From: Prasinococcaceae sp. CCMP 1430
Lineage: Eukaryota; Plantae; Prasinodermophyta
NCBI GenBank assembly: GCA_013416795.1
Contig: RQSC01000602.1
Coordinates: 12,220 to 75,578 of the forward strand
Reading direction: 5' to 3'
DNA length: 63,359 bases
The notes under the pieces are model-generated. The model was not told the DNA's origin and did not search any database. It was given only the letters and a program-made list of their open reading frames with translations. Position numbers and translations under genes: made by a program. Of the stretch, positions 33,512-45,532 are shown piece by piece; position 1 is the first letter of the stretch; every line of letters begins with the position of its first letter.

Positions 33512-34660
33512 TCACGGCTCGAGCACGATGAGCTTCCCGAGCACGCCGCTGGCGATGTACACGTACCCCCCGTCGTACGCGATCGCCTCCGCGCCCTCGA
33601 GCGCGGGTCCCGTGAGGCTGTCAACCACGCGCGGCATGGTGGGCGCGTCGAAGGCTGCGTTGGGCTCCGCCACGTCCACGGCCACTACGCCGCCGTGGGT
33701 CATCTCGCCCTCGCGGTCGACGTACTTGTACGAGGCGACGAACAGGTGCGTCGAGTTGGCTGGCGCGAGCTGCGCGGCGCCACGCAGCACCACGCGCCCG
33801 CGGTTGAGGCCCGCGCCTGGGCGCTGTCTGTCTTCCTCGCTGGTCATCCACCGGAGGAACTTGGGGAAGGACGGGTCCTCGACGTTGAGCATCGCCAGGC
33901 CCTTTGACTCCTTGCCCATTGCCACGTAGGCGACGCTGTCATCCGTGTTGACGTGGACGTACGCGGCGCCCTTGAGGCGCTTGTCCTTCAGCGTGCCCAG
34001 CTGCGCGGGCCTCGCCGGCGTCGCGAGGTCCAGGATGGTGACGCGCGAGTTGTCACCGCCGGCAACATACAGGTGTGAGCCGAACACCTTCACGCACGTC
34101 GCCGCCGCCACACGCAGCACGTTGACCACCGACAGGTCGGCGGGGTTCGACACGTCTACCACGGTAAGGTTGCGCGCGCCGCGCGCCGCAACGTAGGCGT
34201 AACCGCCGTACAGGCTCACAGAGGACGCGCCATTGAGCGCCACGGGGTCCTGCAGGTACCCAAGGAGCCGCATGCCGTAGGGGTCTGCCACGTCGACGAC
34301 GGCGAGTGCGTCCGCCACGCGACTGGCGACGTACGCACGCGCGAAACTGCCGCTCGCGCGCGTCAGGGCGACGCAGTGCGCGCCGTCGAGCGCCTCGTGC
34401 ACGAGTGCGGACGCGAGCGCGGGCGCGGCGGGATCCGACACGTCCACGGCGACGAGCGCGCTCGCGTCGTGCGCGGCGACGAGCGCGATTGCCGCAGCGC
34501 CGTCGATGGTGACGTCGACCGCGCCGGCGAGCGACACGTCGGAGAGCGCACCCGAGACGGACAACCCGCCGGCCAGTGGCGCGACGCCCGCGAGGCACGC
34601 GAGTGCGAACACGAGCGCGCGCGAGGGGGCGCACGCTGCGGCCGCGCGCCGGTGCGCCAT
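33512..34660 (-). CDS. Secreted LVIVD-repeat beta-propeller-like protein, intronless
   Basis: Signal-like LVFALACLAGVAPLAGG, then repeats of AYVA....L.VVDVSDP.P (LVAVDVSDPAAP, LAVVDVADP, LTVVDVSNP, VTILDLATP, LAMLNVEDP). Confidence 0.75.
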   Translation of the reverse strand: MAHRRAAAACAPSRALVFALACLAGVAPLAGGLSVSGALSDVSLAGAVDVTIDGAAAIALVAAHDASALVAVDVSDPAAPALASALVHEALDGAHCVALTRASGSFARAYVASRVADALAVVDVADPYGMRLLGYLQDPVALNGASSVSLYGGYAYVAARGARNLTVVDVSNPADLSVVNVLRVAAATCVKVFGSHLYVAGGDNSRVTILDLATPARPAQLGTLKDKRLKGAAYVHVNTDDSVAYVAMGKESKGLAMLNVEDPSFPKFLRWMTSEEDRQRPGAGLNRGRVVLRGAAQLAPANSTHLFVASYKYVDREGEMTHGGVVAVDVAEPNAAFDAPTMPRVVDSLTGPALEGAEAIAYDGGYVYIASGVLGKLIVLEP

Positions 34661-34851
34661 CGCGCTCGCGGCNNNNNNNNNNNNNNNNNNNNNNNNNNNN
34701 NNNNNNNNNNNNNNNNNNNNNNNNNNNNNNNNNNNNNNNNNNNNNNNNNNNNNNNNNNNNNNNNNNNNNNNNNNNNNNNNNNNNNNNNNNNNNNNNNNNN
34801 NNNNNNNNNNNNNNNNNNNNNNNNNNNNNNNNNNNNNNNNNNNNNNNNNNN

Positions 34852-37109
34852 GTTGGCGGTGGCGCGGGCACTGGCCATCGGGCCGCGCGGCATGCGGCGC
34901 GGGGCGCGCCGCCGCGCGGAAAACGGCGAGGCGCCGGGGGCTTCCAAGGGTGCAGCAGAGGCTCCTCCGCCCGCCCCGATCCTGGAGTGGCACGACGTGT
35001 GCGTGCGCGTGGGACGCGGCCGCCGCCGCCGCTGGGTGCTGCGCGGCGTATCGGGCGCGGCGCGCGCGGGCAGGCTCGCGTGCGTGCTCGGCCCGAGCGG
35101 CTGCGGCAAGACGACGCTGCTGGACGCGCTCGCGGGCACGTACCCGGCTGCGGGCGGCGCGGCCGTCGGCGGGGCAGTTCGCGCGTGCGCAGGCGCGACG
35201 CTCGCGTACGTGCGCCAGGAGAGCGCCTTCTTCTCCAACCTCACCACTCGCGAGACGCTGGCGCTGGTCGGAGCGCTGCGCGGCCTCGTCGGGGACGAGC
35301 TCGACGAGGCCGTCGATGGCACGCTACGACGCATGGCGCTCGCGCCGTGCGCGGACACGCTGGTGGGCGGCGACACCGGCGGTCCCGACCGCCGCGGCAT
35401 CTCCGGCGGCGAGCGCAAGCGGCTCAGCATTGCGTGCGAGCTCGTCAGCCGCGGGGCCGCGGCCGCGGCGGCAGGCCGCCGGCGCCGCGGGCGCCGCAGG
35501 CGCGGGCGGCATCGTGCTCGTCGACGAGCCCACCACGGGCCTTGACGCCTTTCAGGCGGATCGCGTGGTCGGCAAGCTCGCCGAGCTCGCGCGGCGCGAG
35601 GGCGCGGCCGTCGTGGCCACGCTGCACCAGCCGCGCTCGGCGACCTTCGCCAAGTGCGACGACGTGGTGCTGCTCACCGGCCAGGGGCGCGTGGCGTTCG
35701 CGGGGGAGGTAAAGGCCGCCGTGGACTACTTCGCCGCGGCGGGCTACCCCTGTCCCGAGCACCACAACGCCGCGGAGCACCTCATCGACCTGGTGTCGGT
35801 CGACGAGACAGACGCAGCGAAGGCGGAGGAGGACCTGGAGCGCATCCGCGCGCTCGAGCGGCTGTGGGTGGCGTCGGCGGAGCGGCGGGCGTTCGACGAC
35901 GGCCGAGAGGAGCGCCAGGCGGCGCGCGAGCGGCGCGCGAGCGGGCGCGAGGGCGGTGGGAGCGGGGGCCGCAGCGGCCCGCGGGGGCGCGTGGGCGTCC
36001 ACCGCCAGCTGGGGCTGCTCCTGCGCCGCGCGCTCCGCCAGTCGCGGCGCGACGCCTTCGTGAACGTGACGCGCGCCGCGGCCGCCGCGGGTCTCGGCCT
36101 CATCTTCGGCGCGCTCTTCGGCAGGCTGCCGCTGCGCGGCGAGAAGGCGGTGAGCAAGCGCACGGCGCTCGTCATGCAGCTGGCGATCAACGCCTCGTTC
36201 ATCTCGATGACCAAGTCGCTGAATGCCTTCCCGCGCGAGCGGAAGGTGGTGCAGGCGGAGACCAAGGCGGGGCTGTACACGCCCGTGCCCTACTTCCTGG
36301 GGAAGCTGGCGGTGGAGGCGCCGCTCGACGCGGCGCTGTCGGCGCTCTTCGGCGTGGTGGCGGCGCCGCTCAACGGCCTGCGAGCGGGCGGTCGACCCGC
36401 GCTGTACGGTGCGCTGGGGCTCATGTCGGCCTCCGCGTCGGGCCTCGGCCTGCTCATCGGCGCGGCGGCGCCCTCGGTGGAAGTTGCGCTCGCGCTGGGG
36501 CCCTGCGCGATGGTGCTCTCCATCCTGCTCGGCGACGTGGTGGGCGCCTTCTCCGACGTGCCCGAGGCCATGCGTCCCCTCGCGAATCTCAGCTGCGTGC
36601 GCTGGGGCCTGATGGCCATGCTCGCCGCCGAGTTCACCGGCCTGGAGCTTGACATGACGCCCGAGGGCAGCGCCGCCGGCGCGAGCGGCGGCGGGGGCTC
36701 CATCGCAGAGAAGTACGGCGCGCCGAAAGGCTGGACGGGCCCGCCGCCGCCCGGCTTGCGGATCGCGACGGGCGGCGCGGCCGGCAGCGAGGACCGCGGG
36801 CCGCTCGTGTGGCTGCGCGCGGCGATGGAGGGGCGGCCCGCGGGGGGCGCGCGGGGGACGGGAGGTGGGGGCGCACCGGGAGCGAGCGGCGCCTCGAGCC
36901 CGAAGGAGCGCGTGACCGTGCGCGGCGAGGACGTCCTCGCCGGTTTTGGCGTGCACGGACCGCACACGTACTCGCGTGCGACCGCCGCGCAGGCACGGCT
37001 GTGCGGCGCCCTTTTGCTGACCACGCTGGCGCTGCTCGGCCTGCAAGGCGGCGGGGGGGGCGGGCACTGCGACATGGACCCGCTGTTGCGATGCGAGGAA
37101 GCGCTGTGA
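34852..37109 (+). CDS. ABCG half-transporter (white/WBC type) with an apparent one-base frameshift near 35475
   Basis: Walker A GPSGCGKTT and ISGGERKRLSIACEL are in one frame; DEPTTGLDAF, TLHQP and the ABC2 membrane domain (FPRERKVV, YFLGKLAVE) are in another. Confidence 0.85.
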
Positions 37110-37375
37110 GGACCCAGCTCCGCACACGATGAGACGTCGGAGCCGCGCGTGTGATGTACGCTTGCACCCGACGGCCCGCGCGCATCGAGCCTCCGTCCCC
37201 GGCAGCGACAGCGCGAGCGTGAGCGCGCCCGCGCGCGTGTGCTGCGCGCGCCCGCGCGTGCGTTGCGCGCGCGCGCTTTCGCTCGCGTGCACACCCCGCG
37301 GCACGTCATTAACACCGTCATTAAAAAACGAGTACAGGTCGTCGCCGCGCGCCGCGAGTCGCGCGCGAGAGGCGC

Positions 37376-38728
37376 TCACGACGCCGCAGCGGCCGCGGGC
37401 CGCCGCGCGAGCGGGGCCGCTGTTGGCGCCTCGCCTCCCCCCTTGGCGATGGCTCCATTGGCGATGGCCCCCTTCGCGACGCCGCTGTAGTTGACGAACT
37501 GGCGCACGTCCTCCGGCGCCCTGTACGTGCCCAGCAGCCTGTCCCAGTACATGAAGATGTGGCCGTAGTTGTACACGAAGAGGCGGTGGTGCACGTGGTG
37601 GTCCGCGGGGGTGCCCACGCCCAGGAGGCGGCACAGAGGATCCCACGGGTGGTCGTACTCGGCGTGGATCAGGCACAGCCTGCGCGCGTCGTTTGTGTTT
37701 GTGTGTGTGTGTGGTGGATGGGTGGGTGGGTTTTTGGTCAGCAAATGAGCGAATTTGCGAGCCAGCCAGCCAGCCAGCCAGCCAGCCGGCCGGCCAGCGA
37801 CAGTGGCGCGAGCGCGCGTGAAGGGGGGGTGAGAGGGGGCACGGGCACGGGCGCGGGCGCGGGCGCGGGCGCGCGCCCGCACCAGTTGGCGTAGGCCGCT
37901 CCGAAGGCCATGTAGCTCCACACGTTGCAGTGCACCGCGTTGGCGGTGATGTACAGCGGCACAAGGATCATGCACACCGTGTCGCCCACGCTGCCGTTGA
38001 AGGCGTCGAAGAGGCACGGGTTGAGGAAGCGGTGGTGCGGCTTGTGGGACGCCCTGTACAGCTTGGGGTGCAGCTTGTGCTCCAGCAGGTGCATGGCCGC
38101 CTGCACGGCGTCCTGCACGAGCATCTGCGCGGCCACGTGCGCGAGGTTGACACCGCCCTCGAAGGAGTAGTACGACGAGGGCATGAGGTCGAACATCCAC
38201 GTTCCAGAGAGGTACGCGCCCAGCAGCACGAAGCCCTCCACCGAGCCGAGGTGCTCGCGCAGCATCGGCATGAACGCGTACGGGGCGCGCCCCACCTTTT
38301 GGATGCGGTTGCGCGCAGCCTGCGAGCGCGCGCGCAAAAGGGGGGGGGGGGGGGTCGGGGGAGGGATGGCGCGCGGGTCAGTTCTCGACCAAGCGCCGCG
38401 CGCGCACACGCGCGTCCGCGCGAGCATGCGCGCGCACGTGCGCTCGCTCGCGCGCGCACGCCGCTGCACGCACATACGACTCGCTGTACTCGCCGCCCTT
38501 GAGCGCGCTCACGCGCCACGCGTGGTACGCGACCACGAACACCTGCACGAAGGCCACCGCGAGGATGCCCAGCGTGAGCCCCACGGGGCTCGGCCACTCG
38601 CCCCATCGCGCGTACGAGTACGCCCCCGACGAGAAGTCGCCGCCGCCGGCGACGGCCGCGCTGCCGTGCGCCGCCGAGCGCGCGAACATCGCCGCCGAGC
38701 GCTCGAGCAGCGTCGCGTTCGCCGCCAT
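37376..38728 (-). CDS. Fatty acid hydroxylase/sterol desaturase superfamily membrane enzyme, multi-exon
   Basis: His boxes MHLLEH, SHKPHH, LIHAE, DHHVHH and NYGHIFMYWDRLLGTY spread over three exons. Confidence 0.88.
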
Positions 38729-39552
38729 CGTNNNNNNNNNNNNNNNNNNNNNNNNNNNNNNNNNNNNNNNNNNNNNNNNNNNNNNNNNNNNNNNNNNNNN
38801 NNNNNNNNNNNNNNNNNNNNNNNNNNNNNNNNNNNNNNNNNNNNNNNNNNNNNNNNNNNNNNNNNNNNNNNNNNNNNNNNNNNNNNNNNNNNNNNNNNNN
38901 NNNNNNNNNNNNNNNNNNNNNNNNNNNNNNNNNNNNNNNNNNNNNNNNNNNNNNNNNNNNNNNNNNNNNNNNNNNNNNNNNNNNNNNNNNNNNNNNNNNN
39001 NNNNNNNNNNNNNNNNNNNNNNNNNNNNNNNNNNNNNNNNNNNNNNNNNNGCGCGGGCGCGCGCGCGCGTGGCGCGCCCCCCAGCCCGGTCGGCGCCCTG
39101 GGTCTATCCGCTCGCGCCGCCCCCGAAACCGAAAGGCGGGAATTTGGTCGCGAGTGCGCGCCGACGCGCGCGCCGAAACGCGCTCCGTCGAACGCGGAGA
39201 ACGCATGCGGATCTCCATACGCGCCCGGCGACACTCTCGCGGAAGTCCGCGGGCAAAAGCGTTTTTTTTTTGGTCCCCGCGCGCGCTCGCCCGTTTTCGC
39301 GCGCCGGCGGCTGGCCGGGCGCGCCCGCGCGGGGATGAGGTTTATCCACAACGAAGGGTCCACAAAATAACATACACGGAATTAAAAAATCTTGGTCTTA
39401 TTGGTATTAGTACATCTCCTTTATTTCGTAACGCAGTACCTAAATGTGCTCATCACGCGTTTTTGCGCGCGCTCGCCCCCGCGCGCGCGTTTGGGTCGCG
39501 GCGCGCGCGCGCGCGGGTGCGGAGAGGCGAGCGCGCGCGCGGCGAGGCGGTG

Positions 39553-40060
39553 CGCAGGACGCCGCGCCGCTCGGCGAGCTCGACCTCGCGCCGCCGCACT
39601 GGACGGCGCCCGCCAGCAGCAAGCTGCGCAAGCCCTCCGACCTGGCCGCCGCGCGCGACGAGTTCTGGGACACGGCACCCGCCTACGGGGGCGGCGAGGA
39701 GATATGGTGCGAGCGAGCGAGCGAGCGAGCGCCTCGGGTTCTAGCGTTTGTTTTCTTTGTGGCGTGCGCATGCGCAGGTGTGCCAAGCGTGTCGCATTGC
39801 TGCCGCAGAGCCCGCCAGCCACGACAACGCGAGCGCCGCTAATCGCATAGCTTCGCGCGCGGCGCTCCAACCGCAGGTTGGCGCTCAGGTCTGCGTCGGA
39901 GTTGGCGAGGGGCAACGACCTCGACATGGCGGAGGCCATCGTGGGCTCGGCTGGCATCATCGCCGGCAAGCGCGGGCTCGCTGAATGCTACGACGAGCTC
40001 GGACGAAAGTACGAGCTGCCGGAGTACGTGCTCAGTGACCCGGACAACTTGCTCGGATGA
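39553..40060 (+). CDS. DC-UbP/UBTD ubiquitin-binding domain protein; start uncertain
   Basis: RDEFWDTAPAYGGGEEIW, intron 39707-39876, then LALRSA...AEAIVGSAGI...ECYDELGRKYELPEYVLSDPDNL. Confidence 0.85.
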
Positions 40061-40653
40061 GCAAGAGCGCAAGCACAACGCCCTCACACCGGCGTGCTCT
40101 TGGGCGCGTGCGCCTTTGTGTCACACGGCGTGCGTGCGCGCGGCAGACAATTCACGTACGCAGCGTGCACCCATGCCCACGAGCAAGGGCGTGCACGGGC
40201 ACTCGGAGGACAGCTGCTGCAGATAGCTACTAGCTGGAGAGAGGATAGCTAATACAGAGTTGCGGATGCAGCAAATAATAGGAAGAGGGCGCACGAATTC
40301 ACCACAGTAGCACTGGCAGAGTAGACTCGGAGACGGCATCCTGCGACCACCCAACCCCGCCACGCGCGCGCGCGGACGCGTGTGCGCAGATACGCGCCCG
40401 TCCGTGCGCTTCAACCCCTCCCAGGCCTCGGCAGCGTGCCCCCCCCCCCCCTAGCTAGGTGCACTGGCAGGTCGTTTGATGAGCGCTTCATACAGACTGT
40501 ACAGTACAGTATTGAGGTGAACCGTAACATTGGTAGGGTTTAAAGTCGTGACACGCACTCGATGCGCACGCGACGAGCGAGAGTGCGCTCGCGCGGGGCG
40601 GTGCCACAGGGGGGCACGGCGGCAGCGGTGGCGGGCGGGGCAGGCAGGGGGGG

Positions 40654-43459
40654 ATGCATGCGGGCGTCGCAGTAGCGCGAGCGCTCGCCGAGCACGCGCG
40701 CGCCTGCGCGCGTGCGCTCGCGCGCGATGCGCCGCAAGCCGCGGCCGCGGCCGCGTGCGCCCGCGGCCTCGCGGACGCCCGTGGGTGTGCTCCCCTTCCC
40801 GCGCCCCCCGCATCGGCGCTCCCGCTTGCCGGCACGCGCTGGTCCGTGCACGCGCGCGCATTCGCCGCTTCCGCAGCCACAGCTGCTCCGGGCGGCGTCG
40901 CCGCCGAGGAGGATCCGTGGGCGATCCACTATGCGGCGGCCGCGCGAGCGCGAGCGGGCGAGGACGTGCTCCTGTTGGGCATGGGCGTGCCCGACACGCC
41001 GACCTCGCCCGCTGTGCGCGCGGCGGCGGCTGCAGCGCTCGATGCGCCAGGCGGCGAGGGCTACGCGCCTGCCATGGGCGACGAGCGCCTGCGCGCGGCC
41101 GTCGTGGCGTCGATGGGCGCTGACGCGGCCTCGACGTCGGTGTGCGTGACGCCCGGCGCGCAGACAGCGCTCTACATGGCGCTGCACGTGGCCGTCGCGC
41201 GCGCTGGCGACTCCGCGCCGCTGGTGATGACACCCGCTCCCGCGTACGCCACATACGAGCACACCATCGCCATGGCCGGCGGCGAAATGGCCCGCGTGGA
41301 GACGGACGAGGATGCGGGCTTCGCCCTGCACGTGAGCGACCTGACCGCGGGGCTGGACGCCGCACGCGCGGCCGGGCGCTCCGTGGCGGCCGTCCTCCTG
41401 ACCAATCCGCACAATCCCACCGGCAACGTACTGTCGCGAGAGTTGCTCGCGGTTGGCGCGCTGTGCGAGGCGGCTGGCGCGATGCTCATCGTCGACGAGG
41501 TGTACGCGCCACTCGTGTTTGGGGCTTCCGGCCGTGATGGGGGAGGCTTTGCCCCCGTGGCGTCGGTCCCCGAGCTCGCGCGCCACGCGTTTGCGGTAGG
41601 GAGCCTTAGCAAGGCTGGGCTGCGGCCGGGATGGCGCGTGGGCTGGCTCGCGGCGCCTGTCGTCGCCGAGGCGGAGGTGGAGGCGCTTTCCAAAGCAGTG
41701 CTCTTCGGCACATCGCCAGCCGCGCAGGCGGCGGCGCTGACTGCGATGCCCCTCGTCGCGCCTGGCAACGCGGAGGCGCGACGGTACGCCGCACGCGCAC
41801 GCGCGCTCGCCGAGGCGCTCGCTGGCGCCGAGGCGGCGTATGACCTCGGCGAGGGCAGCGACAATGTGGGGCTGGTCCACCTTCACGCGCCACGCGGGGG
41901 GCTCTTTGCGATGGTCCGCGTGCGTGCCTGCGGCGCGGCCAGTGGCGAGGAGTTCGCCTCGCGGCTGCTGGAGGACCACGGCGTGTCTGTGCTACCGGGC
42001 GGCGCGTTCGGCGCGCCCGACTGGGTGCGCGTGGGCCTGCTCGCGGACGAGGCGGGGATGGCGCGTGCGGGCGCAGCCATTGCGGCCACAGCCAAGTCCT
42101 TCGCGTGCGAGGGGGTGGCATCAAGGAGGAGCAGCGCGGAGAGGGACGAGTCGAATGCTCGAGCCCAAGGGCGCGCAGGCGAAGCGATGGCCCAGGAGCC
42201 TGCGCGCGGCGCCGTGGTTGTTGGCGGAGCTGCTCACGCCGCGTGGGCGCGCGAGATGCATGCGCACCTCCAGCGACAGTTGCCTCGCGCGCAGATCGCG
42301 CTGTGGACTGAGGACCAGCAGGGAGAAACAAGCATGCATGGTACGTGCGTCAGGGGCAGCGCAGTGATGCCGCGCTCGATCGAGTGGAGCCGTGCTGCTC
42401 TTGCTGTACCTTTTCTGACACACGTCCCGACGCTCGTGTTCATACGAATGCGCACATCGAAAGGCGCGCTGGATGCGGTGCGTGGCGCGCAGGCGGTTTT
42501 CGCCTGGGACCCCCCACGCGGACTGTGGGATACTCCAGAGGTCGCGCAAGCGTCACAGCTGGCACTGGTGCAGGCGTTGGGAGTGGGCGTGGATTGCCTC
42601 GCACGCGGCGGGGCTCCACCTCCTCGCGCTACGATAGCGCGAGTTGTAGACGAGCATGCGGGGGCGCGATATGCGCGCTACGTTCTCGCGGCCGCGCTCG
42701 CGCACTGCGCGGGCATGGGCCCCGACGCACGCCGCGGCAAACGCGCACCGACGATGGACCCAGCTGAGTGCGCGGTGGGTGTAATGGGCAGCGGCGCTTT
42801 CGGCACCGCTGCTGCGGAGGCGCTCGCCGACGCGGGCTTCGATGTCGCGGTGTGGTCAAGAAAGACGGCGCCGAGGTGCGCGGCCGACGTTGAGGTGATG
42901 CTCGGCCCCAGGCGCATGGGCGCATTCCTGGCGCGCACACGCGTGCTTGTGCTCGCGCTGCCCGCAGTCCCCGCCACCATTGGCCTGGTGGCCGAGCCGG
43001 AGCTACGCGCGCTACAGGCGGGCGGCTGTGTTATCAACGTCGGTAGGGGCGAGGGTGCGCATGCACGCGCGGAGTGCGCGCGCGTGCGAATGTCGTGTGC
43101 GCTTGGTTACAGCGTGTGTCTGCGAGCGGGCGAGCGGGCGCGCGCGCGCGTGGTGCCCATGCTCATGTGTTGTCCACCGCTGACATCTTCGACCCACCTC
43201 GAACGCACGATTGAAAGTGCTCTGCACCGACGGCCTTCTGGCCGCGCTCAGCTCGGGCCACCTGTCGTCAGCAACGCTCGACGTCACATCTCCTGAGCCG
43301 CTGCCGCCGGGCCACGCGCTTCTTGCTCATCCTCGCGTGTGCGTGACGCCGCACGTCGCTGGCGTCAGCACCGCTGCCGACACCGCAGCAATCGTTGCTT
43401 CTGACTGGAAGCGCGTCATGGCCGGTGGCATGCCAGCGCATCCCGTCGCGCCTTGGTAG
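40654..43459 (+). CDS. Fusion of class I/II PLP aminotransferase (AruH-like) and D-2-hydroxyacid dehydrogenase (GhrA-like)
   Basis: WAIHYAA, TNPHNPTG, IVDEVY, SLSKAG..PGWRVGW and GVSVLPGGAFG are followed with no stop by GVGVD, GVMGSGAFG, WSRK and INVGRG. Introns 42341-42463 and 43055-43217; last exon LDVTSPEPLPPGH...VTPHVAG. Confidence 0.88.
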
Positions 43460-43717
43460 GGCGCGACTTGCGCGTAAATCCCATCGAAAGCGAGGCCACA
43501 TGCGCGCCCAGCCACGCACGCTCTGCGCGTGTGCACATATGCGTGCGCATGCCTCGCGCTGCGAGCTGCCTGCCCGCGACCCACCCTGCCTGCACGACGG
43601 ACGCCGCAATGGAGCTCTGGCGCTGGCGTGTAACAATGGCACTTATTCACGCGTAGAAGCGCACCTCCAGGGCCCTCCCCATGCAGCGCACATCTCAGTA
43701 GCGCGCTACGCAACCTC

Positions 43718-43752
43718 GCGCTTGCGTCTTCTCGTACTGTAATCGCACCCTT
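43718..43752 (+). repeat. Left arm of a 35-bp inverted repeat bracketing the methyltransferase
   Basis: gcgcttgcgtct-N6-actgtaatcgcaccctt; reverse complement of 45533-45567 except in the 6-nt spacer. Confidence 0.85.
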
Positions 43753-43763
43753 AGCTGCTGCTC

Positions 43764-45497
43764 TCAGTAGAAGGTGTCGACACCGAGGTGCGCGTCATCG
43801 CCATGTTGGGTCAGCAAGTTGTACTGCTCGATGTTTGCAGGGCTCTCGAAGTCCTCCTCATCCCACTGGGCGTTGGCTGCCTCGTCGTGTTCGTACTGCT
43901 TCGTGTCAGCATCCTGTGTCTGATCGTTCGCAACATCCGTCCCCCTAGGCCTCTGGGTCAGCAACTCTTCTTCGGCCTCTCTGCAGGTCTGGTTGAGCGT
44001 CTCATTTTTTCGGTCGTGTTCCTCCTTGAGTCTGTCGGCGTGGTCAGGATTGATGCACTTGTCGAACATGCTGTCCACTCCCTTCCTTGGCTGACCGATA
44101 CCCATGTTTGATCGAACATCACGCAACACATCGATGTACCGGTAGAATAGCGACGACTGCGCGCCAAAGAGCCCGTCGCGCGAACTTCGATTCGCACTGC
44201 TGAGGTTCACGCATGGAGGCCCGGCGAGGATCAGATGTGGCAGCCCGTATTCCTTGATCAGCTCCTCCACCCCTTCTTCCTGCCACGCTCGCCCGGTGAT
44301 GCTCCCTTTCGGAACGAGCTGCGTCTTCTTCCCCGAGGCGAGATGGCGCCAGCTGACGACAGCTTCAGCATTCTTGTCGATCTCGCTGGTTACCAAGGTC
44401 TTGACTCTGATGCCAAGTTGGTCCAGCGCGACCGACGCTGCCCCGATCCCGTCGAAAAGGCTCCACACGACCAAGCCGCCCTTGGTCGACCCCTTGGGAT
44501 ACTTCCTCTTGACCCAGTCTTCATCAGTCATCCTTGCCAGCGGGCGAAGCACGAAGACGGCTGTTCCGACGTGCCAAGATCGCCCGAGCAGGCCTCGAGC
44601 GATCGGCTCAGACAAGCCCATCGTGGCGCCGCGGGGGAACCCCATGAGCTGCTCGAGCTTGCGTGCGTAGATGTTCCTGTAGAAGGTGGCGTTGCCGATG
44701 AAGTTGGCATCAGCACTCTCAGGTATCAAGAGATACTGGCGCACAGTGCTCGAAGCCTGGCGCTTGACAACGCCCTCCTTCGTTTTCACGTCGAAATGGA
44801 GAGACTTCAACGTCTCCCCTGCCGCGAGATGAAGATTGATCCTTGTTAGTTTCTTGTTCTCGAGCCCTCTGCTGCAGGGACAGCACAGCGCTGGCGTGCG
44901 TTGTGGTTTGGATGCGCGTGCGGTAAGAGTCCAGTCAGCGCGCAGAGCAGTCAGCGTTCGCTCGAGGTGCACCGCCAGCGCTCTGCCACAACGTACGCAG
45001 TTTGAAGTCTTCTGGCAACGAGGAAACGTTGGACAGAATGTCGATGATTTCCTTGTGCTTCTGAGCACCAAAGTCTCGATTGCGCCCCCACGCTTCTCCT
45101 GTGACCTTCTTGATCGAAGTGTGGCCGCGAAGGTTCGTTGCGAACCAACGCTTCCTCATCAACAGCCCGCCATGGTGGACTGCGTCGAGTATCTCCCCCT
45201 TTTCGCCCACTGCGCGCCGCATCAGGTCCAGATCGTCCTGCTGCTCCTTCTTGGTGCCCGGGTACACGTTTTCCACGACAGTGACTGGTCCCTCCGGGTT
45301 CGCCGTTGGCGACTCACCGAACGCCCGCTGGGCGTCCATCAAGCGCTTGAAGGCGTTTGGCTTGCCATCTGGGAGCACCTCCTCAGTGGCCATGCGCTTG
45401 CCCCGGGTGTCTGCCAAGGACGTCGTGCCAAAGAGTGCCTGCACTGCGCGGTCCTCGTCATCGTTGTGCTGTACGTACGCATGGCCATCGAGGCAAT
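43764..45497 (-). CDS. Domain-rearranged C5 cytosine methyltransferase (DRM-like order VI-X then I-V); no first exon found
   Basis: ENV, RKRWFATNL, LEQLMGFP and LLGRSWHV precede SLFDGIG, TSEI, LILAGPPCVNL and RDGLFGAQSSLFY. Likely intron 44891-44996; acceptor ctgacag at 45498. Confidence 0.85.
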
Positions 45498-45532
45498 CTG
45501 TCAGCGCGGGCCCAGCGGATGGCAGTAGTAAC

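Noticed and set aside
39440-39560. Missing start codons as evidence of trans-splicing or non-ATG initiation
   Set aside because: No shared leader or acceptor motif; losses coincide with (GC)n runs and gaps.
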